This document shows, in pieces, positions 10,732 to 21,433 of a stretch of DNA of 64,000 nt (its first letter is position 1; each line of letters opens with the position of its first letter). A program made the position numbers and the translations under genes. The notes below the pieces were generated by a model. The model saw only the letters and a program-made list of their open reading frames with translations, was not told the origin of the DNA and ran no database searches. This stretch comes from Patescibacteria group bacterium (GTDB lineage: Bacteria; Patescibacteriota; Patescibacteriia; Patescibacteriales; JAQTRU01). The stretch is from contig JAQTRU010000001.1 of assembly GCA_028711655.1 (NCBI GenBank), positions 6,648-70,647 of the forward strand. Direction: 5' to 3'.

Positions 10732-11199
10732 TTAAAAATAAAACACTAAATACATAAACAGCAAAACCGCGTAGTTAAAAAGCATAAACCATTTATTTGA
10801 CCAGTTTATGCCGGAAAAATGGAAACGGGAAAATGGCCAAAGGATCGGGGTGGGGAAAAACTCCGAGGTATGGGTAAAAATATCTAAAAATATATGGAGC
10901 CCCCAGGCATAAAAAATAACCACGGCCAGATCTAAACCTAAAATTTTTAAAATTAAAAATATTGCCAGCCAAATTACTAAACTATGGGTAATGTCATAAA
11001 GTCTAAAAACATACTTCGGAATCCCTGATGGCATTGGCGCTTCAAAATGCAAGGTTCTCCTAAAAAAATTTCTAACGGTCATATAAGAAAAACTGATTAA
11101 ATCTGGGAACAACCCGAATAAAACCGCCACGCCCCTTTGCTCCATCGGCAGTTCTTTAAAAATTAAGTTTGTCCACAAAGCGTGGGAAAGTATATCCAT
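10732..11199 (-). CDS. Membrane-bound metal-dependent hydrolase (YdjM-like)
   Basis: MDILSH, FPDL, THSL, HIFLDIFTH, PILWPFS. Confidence 0.75.
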   Translation of the reverse strand: MDILSHALWTNLIFKELPMEQRGVAVLFGLFPDLISFSYMTVRNFFRRTLHFEAPMPSGIPKYVFRLYDITHSLVIWLAIFLILKILGLDLAVVIFYAWGLHIFLDIFTHTSEFFPTPILWPFSRFHFSGINWSNKWFMLFNYAVLLFMYLVFYF

Positions 11200-11291
11200 A
11201 AGATAATCCAAATCTACGAATTTATCCGAATGCCCCGAATGCTTTGATTTAGGAATTCGGAGCATTCGGATAAAATTCGGATTAATTCGGA

Positions 11292-14200
11292 TTACGACTT
11301 CCTGAATTCGCAAATATCTTTAAAATCGCAAAACTGGCAAAGCGCGGAAGGCTTTGGCGGAAATTCGCCTTTTTTTATGGCGGCAATGGTGTTTATGATC
11401 TTTTCTTTTGTTTTGTCCAGCTCATCCTGGCTGCCCAGAAATTCAACTTCAGTATTGTTGTCCAAATAATAAAAGGCCAAAGAATCTACTTTTTGCCGAA
11501 AAAGCTCCTCGGCGGCCAACTGATAAATTAAAAGCTGATATTTTTCGTCAAGGCTTAATTTGTCTTTCGGGGTTCCGGTTTTATAGTCAATAATTTTTAT
11601 TTTGCCTGCCCCGTTGCTGCGGTGGCCGTTTATCTCATCAATCCTGTCCATTACCCCGCGCACGGTATAGAGCTCGTTGCCGACCCTGACCTTGGAATTA
11701 AATCCTTTTTCCAGAAAAATCACGTTCGGCCATGCATCTTGATGCTTTTCATAAAACTTCTTTAAAATTTCCTTGCCTTTCTTTTTATATTCCTCTTTCC
11801 GCGCCTTGGTCTCATACCAATCGTCAATCCAGCTCTGCTCGTATAATTTTAAAATTTCTTCCAAACTGATTTTAACATTTTTTTTGGCTGCTTGCGTTGA
11901 ACTTGCCGAAGCACCAAATAAATCCGTCTGCTCCCGCTTCTTTCTTTCCTCGATTAAACTGAATAATTTCTGCAAAGTAATGTGCAAGGTTTTGCCAAAA
12001 GAAAAAACATGTTTTCCCCGGACCGGAATTCTTAAAATATGGGCAAAACGGTATTGGTAAGGACAATTGGAAAACGCCGCCAATTGCGTATAAGAAAAAT
12101 AAGACGGCACCACCGACTTTACAACCTCTTTTGCCGGAACAGAAATTCTTGTCTTTAAAATATCGCCATCTTGTATTTTTGCCTGCCCCTCGAAGCCCTG
12201 GCGCAGTAGGGTGTTTTTGCCTGCCCCTCGAAGCCCTGGCGTAGCGGGGTATTTTTGTGTTTTTGTGTTTTCTTGAACAAACCCGCATTCCTCTAAAAAA
12301 CGAGAAGGTTTTTTGAGTCGAGCGCCGCCATAGTCAGCCGCCCAAGAAAAATATAAATCGTTTTTTGCCCGCGTCATGGCTACGTAAAACAATCTTCTTT
12401 CCTCTTCTAAATGGATATCGCCTTCCGGTAAAATTTCCTTGACTAAAGCGTCCGGAATGGCAATCTGCTCGCTTCTCTCAATCGTGGGAAAACGCTTATC
12501 AACTAAACCGGCAATAAAAACATACTTAAATTCCAATCCCTTGGCCCCGTGAACCGTCATTACTTTTATGGTTTCCGGACCGGCCTCCCAGTCAACCGGC
12601 ATCGCCCCTTCTTCCCCGGCGTCAATTTCCATCTGCAGTTGGGCCAAAAACGCTTTAACGCTTCTATCGTCACTGCCCTTTTCAAATTCCTCAACCCGCT
12701 TCATAAACTGGTTAAGACAGGAAGCCGCCTCCCGGCTTTTTTGCTCATCTTGGCTCATCAGATATTTCAAATAACCGCTGTCATTTAAAAAAACAAAAAT
12801 AATTTCACTGGCGTTTTTATCTCTGGCGAGGCCGGCATGCTTATCAATTAAAGATAAAACCGCGACCACTTTCTTCTGCAATTCCGGCCCCAGATTTAAA
12901 GCGGAGACATTGCGCAGAACTTCATAAAGCGACCAGGCTTTTTTATTGGCCCAATAATTAAAATTAACCAACTCGTTATAGGTAAACTTAAAAATCGGCA
13001 GGTTTAAAACGCGATAAGCCGCCGCGCTTTCATGGTAATCGTCCAATAATTTTAAATAAGCGATTATGTCCATTATTACCGGCTTGGCATAAAGGCCGCG
13101 GGAAGATAAAAATTGGTAGGGCAATTCGGCCGCGGCCAAAAATGAGCAAATTTCTTTCGCGCTTTCATTGGCTCTGACCAAAATCGCAAAATCGTCCCAA
13201 GTAGAATTTTTATCCTTAATTTTTAAATCCGCGATTTTCTCAATTACCATTCTTATCTCCTCATTCAAATCTTTGCCTTCTATAACTTCTATCACCCCCT
13301 CCCCCTTATTATCAGCTACCAGCTTTTTGCTTAATTCCGTTTTTGTGTTTCTGCTCGCCCCTCGAAGCTTTAGCGTAGTGGGGTGTTTTTGTGTTTTTGT
13401 GTTCAGTTGATACTCCAGCCGATTCGGGTCATTTTGCTTGATAAATTTATAAGACAAATTCAGAATATTCTGCTTATTGCGGTAATTATTGATTAAAAAA
13501 ATCTGCCCGGCCCGCGAATAATCTTTTTGAAACTGCAAAATATTAGATACCGAAGCCCCGCGAAATTTATAAATTGACTGGTCATCATCGCCAACGACCA
13601 CTAAGTTATTTTTCGGGGCGGCCAGCATTTTTATCAGCTCATACTGCGCCCAGTTAGTATCCTGAAATTCGTCCAGCAGTATATATTTAAATTTATCCCG
13701 ATATTTTTTTAAAATCGCCGGCCGGGCGCGGAATAATTTCAAGCAGTAGTTTATTAAATCTCCGAAATCCAAAGAGCTGCTGTCTAAAAGCAGTTGCTGG
13801 TAAACATGATAAGCGTTCGCCACTTCGTTTATCCTTGCCACTTCCTGACTTGCTATTTCTTTATTAAACTCACCTCTTTCTGTCATTGCGAGTCCCGAAG
13901 TCTCGGGACGAAGCAATCTCTGGTTAGACGCGCTTGACCGGAGATTGCCGCGTCGCTCGTTGCGCTTCGCTCCACTCGCTCCTCGCAATGACATATTAGG
14001 GGCTCCGCTCAACATATTGTCTAAATTTTCCTTCAACTCATTAGCGTATTCAAGATACTGGGCCGGATTTATATCCTCGTCTTTGGTCCGGGAAAAATGC
14101 TTTATCAAGGCGCGGATAAATTTCGTCGGATTGCCCATCGGCCGATAATAATCCAGATCAAGTTTATCCAAATTATTTTTTATTAGAGCATATTGTTCAA

Positions 14201-14543
14201 ACTCATTCAGCAATTTAAAATCATTAGGTAGCCCGATATCAAGGCCGTGTTCTTTCAAAATTCTTTCCCCAAAGCCGTGAAAAGTGGAAATCCATAAATC
14301 CAAATAGCCAATCGGCAACAACCGATCGACTCGTTCCTCCATTTCCCCGGCCGCTTTTTCCGTAAAAGTTAAAGCTAAAATTTCGTCTGATTTAGCCCAC
14401 CCCTGCTCTATCATATAGGCGATTCTTTGTGTAATAACCGTGGTTTTGCCAGTGCCAGCTCCGGCCACAATCAACAAAGGGCCGTCTTTATGTTGGACAG
14501 CCTGTAATTGTTCTTTATTCAAATTTTCCATCAAATTTTCCAT
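11292..14543 (-). CDS. UvrD/PcrA-family helicase with C-terminal PD-(D/E)XK nuclease and Fe-S Cys motif (AdnB/AddA-like)
   Basis: AGAGTGKT, LDEFQD, VGDDDQSIYKFRGA, TVHGAKGLEF, EERRLFYVAMTRA; nuclease MDRID, IIDYKTG, CQFCDFKDIC. Confidence 0.92.
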   Translation of the reverse strand: MENLMENLNKEQLQAVQHKDGPLLIVAGAGTGKTTVITQRIAYMIEQGWAKSDEILALTFTEKAAGEMEERVDRLLPIGYLDLWISTFHGFGERILKEHGLDIGLPNDFKLLNEFEQYALIKNNLDKLDLDYYRPMGNPTKFIRALIKHFSRTKDEDINPAQYLEYANELKENLDNMLSGAPNMSLRGASGAKRNERRGNLRSSASNQRLLRPETSGLAMTERGEFNKEIASQEVARINEVANAYHVYQQLLLDSSSLDFGDLINYCLKLFRARPAILKKYRDKFKYILLDEFQDTNWAQYELIKMLAAPKNNLVVVGDDDQSIYKFRGASVSNILQFQKDYSRAGQIFLINNYRNKQNILNLSYKFIKQNDPNRLEYQLNTKTQKHPTTLKLRGASRNTKTELSKKLVADNKGEGVIEVIEGKDLNEEIRMVIEKIADLKIKDKNSTWDDFAILVRANESAKEICSFLAAAELPYQFLSSRGLYAKPVIMDIIAYLKLLDDYHESAAAYRVLNLPIFKFTYNELVNFNYWANKKAWSLYEVLRNVSALNLGPELQKKVVAVLSLIDKHAGLARDKNASEIIFVFLNDSGYLKYLMSQDEQKSREAASCLNQFMKRVEEFEKGSDDRSVKAFLAQLQMEIDAGEEGAMPVDWEAGPETIKVMTVHGAKGLEFKYVFIAGLVDKRFPTIERSEQIAIPDALVKEILPEGDIHLEEERRLFYVAMTRAKNDLYFSWAADYGGARLKKPSRFLEECGFVQENTKTQKYPATPGLRGAGKNTLLRQGFEGQAKIQDGDILKTRISVPAKEVVKSVVPSYFSYTQLAAFSNCPYQYRFAHILRIPVRGKHVFSFGKTLHITLQKLFSLIEERKKREQTDLFGASASSTQAAKKNVKISLEEILKLYEQSWIDDWYETKARKEEYKKKGKEILKKFYEKHQDAWPNVIFLEKGFNSKVRVGNELYTVRGVMDRIDEINGHRSNGAGKIKIIDYKTGTPKDKLSLDEKYQLLIYQLAAEELFRQKVDSLAFYYLDNNTEVEFLGSQDELDKTKEKIINTIAAIKKGEFPPKPSALCQFCDFKDICEFRKS

Positions 14544-14734
14544 ATTATTATCATAGCTAATAATCAATAAATCGGCAAATCAAAAACCTGACTAATCATC
14601 GCTTATTTTCTATTATAAAAATAATCCCTTGCCAAAGGGAAAAGCGCGCCAAGACTGACCGAAAAACATTTTTCGGAAAAAGTTTCCTCGGCGCAGGTGG
14701 AAAAACATCAAAAAGGAGTTTTCGCCATGAAACG

Positions 14735-14891
14735 CTCCTTTGCCACCAACAACTCGTCCTAAATGTGCCCGATGCCAGGCGACTTAGGTCTCGCGAGGTT
14801 CTCTCTACCTGAATCGCAACCCTTCGCCTAGGGTCAAAAATTGGTGGGGTAAAAACGAGAGAGGGACAAAAGAGTTGTTGGTTAAAAGAGG
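14735..14891 (+). ncRNA. Candidate rod-shaped structured RNA (6S-like)
   Basis: ccaacaactc/gagttgttgg, gtcc/ggac, gacttagg/cctagggtc and gcgaggtt/aacccttcgc nested pairings; terminator 14897-14930 follows. Confidence 0.35.
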
Positions 14892-14981
14892 TAAACGGGA
14901 TGAATCCTTGTGGTTCATCCCTATTTTTTTATAACAAAATAAAGGCGAGACTCGCTGATCTCGCCTTCTTTGTTTTAATTC

Positions 14982-16184
14982 TTATCCCTCCTGCCCGCTA
15001 ACCACCCTGACCGTCTCTCTGGCCACGATTATTTCCTCATTGGTTTCGAGGACAACGGCTTTGATGGACGAGCAAGGATCGCTTATAATCTGCTCATCTC
15101 TCATATTCGCTACATCGTCAAGGACAAAGCCGAGGAATCCGAGCGAACCAAGAACTTCAGCCCGAAGTGTCGGCTCTTTCTGCCCTATCCCGCCGGAAAA
15201 GCAAATTGCATCCACGCCGCCCATGAGAAGAATATAGGCGCCCATATAGAACTTGATGTCGTAGATGAGCTTAGCGCGGGCAAGTCGGCAGCGTTCGGCC
15301 AACGGGCCGCCTTTTTCTATCTCGTGGAGGATGTCCCGCATATCACCGGACGTTCCAGAAAGCCCTTTCAAGCCACCGTTGGTGGCAAGTTCGCGAAATA
15401 CTTCTTCCATTGAGAGGCCGGTTTTTCCCATAATAAATGGAATGGCAAAAGCGTCAATATCGCCAACTCGTGCCCCCTGGATAAGACCGGATTGCGGAGT
15501 CAGACCCATGGAAGTGTCAATGGAACGCCCGTCCTTATATGCGCAAACTGATGAAGAGCCGCCCAAATGGCAGGCAATGATTTTGTGAAATTTCTGATCA
15601 AGCCCGAGAATCTGAATGGTTTCGCCGGTCACGAACCGCAAGGAAGCGCCATGATAGCCGTATTTGAGAAGCCCGTACTTTTCGTACCATTCATAAGGAA
15701 CGCCATAAACACTGGCATACTCCGGCTTCCCGGTGTGAAACCCCGGCTCAAAAACTCCGACCCGCGGCGTATCCGGCAAAAGCTTGGCAAACATCCGAAT
15801 CGCTTGAAGGTACGGCGGATTGTGCGCCGGCGCCAAATCACTGTACTCTTCCATGGCGCAAAGAACATCATCGGTCAAAAACACTGACCCGTTCTTTTCT
15901 CCGGCCTGGACCGTCTTGAACCCAACAGCCTCAATCTCGGAAAGACCCGAGACTGCGCCTTCTAAGAAATCAAGGCAATTTTGGACAGCCTCACATTGAG
16001 TCGGAACATATTCCGATCTCTCAATTGCCGGCACTTTTCTATCGCCCCTGTAGAATTTTATCGTGGAGTCGCGATAACCAACCCGCTCAATGCCGCCCCG
16101 GGCAAGGACTTTTTCCCCGTTACCCATGTCAAGAAGCTGAAACTTGAACGACGTAGACCCGATGTTGCAGACTAAAACTTTCAT
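14982..16184 (-). CDS. ackA: Acetate kinase
   Basis: MKVLVCNIGSTSFK, LAPAHNP, KYGYHG, HLGGSSS, DTSMGLTP, ETNEE; AGGAG SD. Confidence 0.93.
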   Translation of the reverse strand: MKVLVCNIGSTSFKFQLLDMGNGEKVLARGGIERVGYRDSTIKFYRGDRKVPAIERSEYVPTQCEAVQNCLDFLEGAVSGLSEIEAVGFKTVQAGEKNGSVFLTDDVLCAMEEYSDLAPAHNPPYLQAIRMFAKLLPDTPRVGVFEPGFHTGKPEYASVYGVPYEWYEKYGLLKYGYHGASLRFVTGETIQILGLDQKFHKIIACHLGGSSSVCAYKDGRSIDTSMGLTPQSGLIQGARVGDIDAFAIPFIMGKTGLSMEEVFRELATNGGLKGLSGTSGDMRDILHEIEKGGPLAERCRLARAKLIYDIKFYMGAYILLMGGVDAICFSGGIGQKEPTLRAEVLGSLGFLGFVLDDVANMRDEQIISDPCSSIKAVVLETNEEIIVARETVRVVSGQEG

Positions 16185-16314
16185 AGCTCTCTCCTTGTAA
16201 AATGTGATGTGAAATGTGCGAAAAAACAACTTTAAAAATAATATAACTAAATAGCGTTAATATCAATCAGTTAATGTCAATCTAATTCGTTCAATTTCGT
16301 CCCGTTCGTGTATG

Positions 16315-17577
16315 TTAAAACTTCAAAATCTTCTCAAACTTTTTTTTGTCTTTAAATGGTCCGATTATTGCTAAATTCAATTTATTATTTGTAAAAATTT
16401 CACCGGCCAATTTTTTCATGTCGCCTGCTTTCACCAAATCTATTTTTCTGAAAAAATCTTCAGGAGATAAAGTTTTTCCGCCTAAAATTAAATGCTCCAT
16501 ATACCAGCTGGCCATATCATCAGACGCTTCCAGTCTTATCACCGAACGGCCGCGAATCAAATCTTTGGTTCTTTTTAATTCTTGGCCGCCCACCAAAATC
16601 TTCGTTAGCTTTTTATATTCGGATAAAATTATTTTTATGGCCTCTTCAATTTTGTCAACCGGAACGCCGGCCTGCGTAGTCAGATAACCGCTATCGGTAT
16701 AAAATTCGGATTGAGTCCTTACATAATAAGCCAAACCCTTTTTCTCTCTTAATTCCGTAAATAAGCGAGAGCTCATGGAGCCGCCGAGAATCGTAGACAT
16801 TACTTTCAAAATAAATTCTTTTTTATGGCCGAACGGTAGCGCCCTCACTCCCAGGGAAATAGTCGCCTGGTTTGTTTTTTTGTAGTGGATTTTAATCTGC
16901 GGTTTTATCTGATTTTCTATTACTTTAACTTTATCCTGAAAGTCATTTTTTCTTAATCCGGAGAAATACCGGCTAACCGCTTTTTCCGAATTATTTTTTA
17001 TATTCCCAGCCAAACAAACAATCGCGCTCTCCGTGCCGTATTGGGAATTAAAATAATTGATAAAATCTTTTCGGGAAAAATTCAAAACATTTTCTTTGCG
17101 GCCGCTTACATACCAGCCGGCCGGCGCATCTCCGTAGAGGCATTCTTCAAAAACATCTTCAATATGAATCAAGGGGTTGTCGGTTCTCATATTTATTTCT
17201 TCCACAATTACGCCTTTCTCCCTCCCTATCTCTTTTGCGTCAAATTTGGAGTTAAGAAGCATGTCGCTTACAATATCAACCGCCAATTCTATTTTTGAAC
17301 TATCTACTTTCACGAAATAACCCGTATATTCTTTGGAAGTAAAGGCGTTAAATTCCGCGCCTATGCTGTCCAGTCCTCCCGCGATCGCCAAAGCTGTCGG
17401 CCTCTTCTTTGTGCCTTTAAAAAACATATGCTCCAAAAAATGAGAAATGCCGTTATTTTTTTTATTCTCATATTTCGAGCCGGTTTTAAGCATCACTAAA
17501 ATCGTTATGGTCTTTGTCCCGGTCATCGGCACGGTAATAAGTTTCAGCCCGTTTTTTAATTTTTTTTGTTTAAACAT
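16315..17577 (-). CDS. M16 family zinc peptidase
   Basis: GISHFLEHMFFKGT, NAFTSKE, SSRLFTELREKKGLAY. Confidence 0.93.
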   Translation of the reverse strand: MFKQKKLKNGLKLITVPMTGTKTITILVMLKTGSKYENKKNNGISHFLEHMFFKGTKKRPTALAIAGGLDSIGAEFNAFTSKEYTGYFVKVDSSKIELAVDIVSDMLLNSKFDAKEIGREKGVIVEEINMRTDNPLIHIEDVFEECLYGDAPAGWYVSGRKENVLNFSRKDFINYFNSQYGTESAIVCLAGNIKNNSEKAVSRYFSGLRKNDFQDKVKVIENQIKPQIKIHYKKTNQATISLGVRALPFGHKKEFILKVMSTILGGSMSSRLFTELREKKGLAYYVRTQSEFYTDSGYLTTQAGVPVDKIEEAIKIILSEYKKLTKILVGGQELKRTKDLIRGRSVIRLEASDDMASWYMEHLILGGKTLSPEDFFRKIDLVKAGDMKKLAGEIFTNNKLNLAIIGPFKDKKKFEKILKF

Positions 17578-17691
17578 AATATTTCTTACCCACAAATCTA
17601 CAAACAATTTGACAAATGTACAAATATTATCCCTCCGTATTTGTAAATTTGTATTGGATTTGGAGATTTGTGGGAGCTATACAACTAGCAT

Positions 17692-19065
17692 TTAGAAATC
17701 TTCTAAACCATCTCTCACCACCATACCAACAACAAACCAAGAAAACAAGACTCCAAAATGCAAACTCCAATACCAATGGTCAACCATCATTATTATAACT
17801 AAGCTAGCGAGAATAGACAAACCAAAATATTTTTTATTTTTTATTAAATTCCATCCCAAAAATCCTAAGAGTCCCAAAAATCCCAATAATCCTACCACCC
17901 CCACTTCCGCCCAAACCAATAAAAATACATTATGGACCGGCTGATAATTCCAGCTCTCCTGACCCGGTTTCATTTCCTTTAAAGCCAAGGTGTAATTTCC
18001 CATCCCGGCGCCAAATAACCAATTATTTTTTATTAACTCTTTAGCATCAACTAAAGACTCCTTTCTTTCCGTATTAGATTTAACTTCCAGTCTCGTATCT
18101 TTAGATAACCGCGTTAAAACTAAATTATTGTAAAAATTAAATAAAATAAAAACTAAAATCCCGGCCGCCAAAATTATTTTCAACAGTTCCCTCTGCTTTA
18201 AATAATCTTTCTTTATTAAAAATATAACCAGCATCAATAAAATTCCGACTATAACTCCGGCCCAAGCTCCGCGGGAAAAAGTGAAAAACAGCGCTAATAA
18301 AAATAATAAAATAATAAAATAATAAAATAACTTAAACCTTGTTTGAAAATTTAGAAATTTAAAATTGTTTGAAAATTGAAAATTGCCAGCCAGCGGCTGG
18401 TCCGCCTCTGGCGGAAAAATTGAAAATTTATTAACTAAAAAACAAATTACTATCAATACGCCCGCAACTAAAATCCCTCCCAAAACATTCGGATGATCCA
18501 ATCCCCCATAAGCCCGAAGCCACCTTTCGCCAATCCCATCAGCGCCAATTGTTTCCACAACCGAAACCCCGAGTTCAGCCGGATTATGCATCGCCATTCC
18601 CAACCACTTAGAGGCAAAACTTGATTGGGATAAAAATTGGTAAATCCCCAAACCGGCTTGAAAAAAAATTCCCGCCAACAAGCTCCACAACAATTTCATT
18701 CTGTTATAATTCGCGCTCGTCACGAGCCAAAACAATCCCACCCCCAATAAAAACCAACCGTATTTATACAAGGCCAGCCATTTGTCAGAAGCAGAAAATA
18801 TAGAAATAAAAATAAATAAATCCAAAACCGCTATCACCCACCAAATTTTTGAAAATTTAGAAATTGAAAATTGTTTGAAAATTGAAAATTGAAAATTGAA
18901 AATTACGAATAATAATAGGAGCGCCAGCAAAATTATATCTACCCCATACAAACTATACGTCGCATATTCCGTCTCTCCGGCCCTGATAATCCACCTCGTC
19001 TGCCAAGGCAGTAAGAAAATTAATAAATACAAACCATATTTAATTATTTTTTCCAGTATTGTCAT
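17692..19065 (-). CDS. O-antigen ligase family membrane protein
   Basis: RAYGGLDHPNVLGG, TFSRGAW, GAGMGNY, PVHNVFLLVWAEVG. Confidence 0.88.
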   Translation of the reverse strand: MTILEKIIKYGLYLLIFLLPWQTRWIIRAGETEYATYSLYGVDIILLALLLLFVIFNFQFSIFKQFSISKFSKIWWVIAVLDLFIFISIFSASDKWLALYKYGWFLLGVGLFWLVTSANYNRMKLLWSLLAGIFFQAGLGIYQFLSQSSFASKWLGMAMHNPAELGVSVVETIGADGIGERWLRAYGGLDHPNVLGGILVAGVLIVICFLVNKFSIFPPEADQPLAGNFQFSNNFKFLNFQTRFKLFYYFIILLFLLALFFTFSRGAWAGVIVGILLMLVIFLIKKDYLKQRELLKIILAAGILVFILFNFYNNLVLTRLSKDTRLEVKSNTERKESLVDAKELIKNNWLFGAGMGNYTLALKEMKPGQESWNYQPVHNVFLLVWAEVGVVGLLGFLGLLGFLGWNLIKNKKYFGLSILASLVIIMMVDHWYWSLHFGVLFSWFVVGMVVRDGLEDF

Positions 19066-20033
19066 AAAGCAGTTTTTAGTTTTTCACTTTTCGCTTTTAG
19101 TTTTTCTTTGTATTCCTCTCTTCTGTCATTAACATGAAGTTTTATTATTCTGCCATCAACCACTACCCGGCTGTCTATATTCATAATATCTTTTATTTGT
19201 CTCGGCATTATTTCCAGTTGGATCTCTTTAATTCTTCTTTCCAGCCCGCCCAAAAGCATATCAGCCACGTTGCGGTAAAATCGAGAAAAACTTTTGCCGG
19301 CATCCCGCCTATAATTAATTCCCCCGGCTTCCCAATTAGACAAATAATTTTTTAGCCAGCCATTGGCTTTAATAAATTTATTATAAATATTATCTCTATT
19401 ATAAACCGGCGCTAATCCGGCCAGCCAATAGATAAAATAAATATCTCGCCCGCCCCCCAGCATTAATTTTTCCAGATTCATGGCTTCTTCGCTTATAAAA
19501 AAACTTAAGCAAATTTTATCTTTCATGTTTTTCGGTTTCGGCCGCAGGCCCAATATTTTTATAATTAAAACGCAAAAAAATCTCGTTAGCCAAACCCTCC
19601 CATCTTCCGTGATAATAAATAAATCAATATCGCTTTCCTTTTTTAGATTATGCGCCCCGATTATATTTCCAACCGCGATCATTTTTATCCAAGGAATAAA
19701 TTTGAAAATTTTAGCCAGCCAAACCGCCCGCTTGAATTTCTTATCCGTATAATTATATCTTGCCATCCTTTGCCTTATAATTTCTTCTCGGCCGGCTAAA
19801 AAATAAAAACGATTCTTTTCTCCTATGCCCAAAAGGGGTTCAACCCCCAATTTGGGGGTTGAACCCCTTCGCTCTACTAAAACTTCTAAAACTTCACTCA
19901 ACTCGCACTTTACACCCGTATATTTCCAAACCTCAAATCCGGTTAGCGGGTAAGAGAACAAGTCAAAAAAAGCAATTGTCTCCACAATTGCCTCCTCGAG
20001 TTCCGCTTGTTTTTTTGCGTAATCAATTCCCAT
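19062..20033 (-). CDS. Conserved hypothetical protein, nucleotidyltransferase-like fold
   Basis: IAVGN...ESDIDLFII motif; N-terminal FFDLFSYPLT. Confidence 0.65.
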   Translation of the reverse strand: MGIDYAKKQAELEEAIVETIAFFDLFSYPLTGFEVWKYTGVKCELSEVLEVLVERRGSTPKLGVEPLLGIGEKNRFYFLAGREEIIRQRMARYNYTDKKFKRAVWLAKIFKFIPWIKMIAVGNIIGAHNLKKESDIDLFIITEDGRVWLTRFFCVLIIKILGLRPKPKNMKDKICLSFFISEEAMNLEKLMLGGGRDIYFIYWLAGLAPVYNRDNIYNKFIKANGWLKNYLSNWEAGGINYRRDAGKSFSRFYRNVADMLLGGLERRIKEIQLEIMPRQIKDIMNIDSRVVVDGRIIKLHVNDRREEYKEKLKAKSEKLKTAL

Positions 20034-20037
20034 ATCC

Positions 20038-21129
20038 TTATTCCATTTTGGGTTTATCTAGCGCCATCGGCTCAATTTTTGATTCGCCCTCGGTAATTTT
20101 TATCACGTCTTTATCCATTTTTTTAAATTCTTTGTAGGCATTATTATAATGATTAACAGTGGTGGACATGCTAATGCCCAATTTTTTCATAAAGTCATCA
20201 TAGCTTAAAAGGTGACGGCCCAATTTTTCCACGTTAATTTTGATCGCCTTGGCGCTTTCTTCAATCTGCAAAGCCCGCAAGCCCTGAAGAACAGTTTGCA
20301 GATAAGCTAAAAATGAAGTTGGAGAAACAATAATCACGTGTTTGTCGCGAAAAGCGTATTCTATCAAATCTCTGGTATTTACCTGAACAGCGCCGACTTT
20401 ATTTATAAGCAGATCATAATAAATCGCTTCGCTGGGAATAAACATAAAAGCAAAATCCATAGTTTTTTCCGCCGGCTTTACATATTTAGAAGTTTCATCA
20501 ATTCTATTTTTCAAATCTTGTTTGAATTGCTTTTCCAGTTTTTCTTTTGTGCCCGCATCAGAGCAATTTAATATTTTTTCATAATTTTCCAAAGAAAATT
20601 TGGAATCAACCGGAATAATTTTGTCTTTCACAAACACGACGGCGTCAACAATGCTCCCGTCTTTGAAAGGATATTGCATCTGATAAGAATTCGGGGGTAA
20701 AACATTTCTCAAAGTTTCTTCCAAAAAATATTCACCCAAAACTCCGCGCTGTTTCGGATTTTTTAAAATATCCTGCAGATTCTGAAGCTGGGCCGAAAAA
20801 TTTACTACTTGCTTATTGGTCTCATCCAATTTGGTCAATCTCTCGGTCACATCGCTAATCAGTTTGGCCGACTGCCCGGTTATGCCCTGAATAATTTTAG
20901 TGGCTTGGCCGAATTGCTCCTGCGTCGCCCGATGGGTTTCCGACAGCTTGCCGTCCATAGCTTGGCGCAATTCTTTGTTTTGCTCCGCTAGCTGGGACAG
21001 TTTTTCCATCATCGTAATCAGTTTCTCTCCATCTCCGTTTTCTGTTTTTTTCCGCAATAAAAGAAAGATAATGGCAATTACCCCGAGAATCAAAAGAATT
21101 AATAAAAATGTCATTAACTGGTTCGGCAT
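20038..21129 (-). CDS. rmuC: DNA recombination protein RmuC
   Basis: TM plus coiled coil, NPKQRGVLGE, PVDSKF, DFAFMFIPSE, VSPTS. Confidence 0.92.
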   Translation of the reverse strand: MPNQLMTFLLILLILGVIAIIFLLLRKKTENGDGEKLITMMEKLSQLAEQNKELRQAMDGKLSETHRATQEQFGQATKIIQGITGQSAKLISDVTERLTKLDETNKQVVNFSAQLQNLQDILKNPKQRGVLGEYFLEETLRNVLPPNSYQMQYPFKDGSIVDAVVFVKDKIIPVDSKFSLENYEKILNCSDAGTKEKLEKQFKQDLKNRIDETSKYVKPAEKTMDFAFMFIPSEAIYYDLLINKVGAVQVNTRDLIEYAFRDKHVIIVSPTSFLAYLQTVLQGLRALQIEESAKAIKINVEKLGRHLLSYDDFMKKLGISMSTTVNHYNNAYKEFKKMDKDVIKITEGESKIEPMALDKPKME

Positions 21130-21433
21130 CTTAAGTAAAAAGTTTAAAGTTTTAAAATTTATAAAGCAAAATAATGTAAAATATCGACCAAAATTGCCAA
21201 ATAGTATGCGATACGCATTATACGTTCCACGTTATGCGATAGTTTCATCTTATCAATATTATCTGGCTTCGGCAAGGGTGAAAAAAGGATATCGCAAACC
21301 CCTGCCCCCTTCGCCGAAGTGGCTACGGAGACCAAGCATGGATTTACGATATCCTAAAAAATTCGGCAATAAAAAAAGACCCCGGATATTCTTTCTCAAG
21401 AATTATCCGGGGTTATTGTATGTGTTTATTTTT

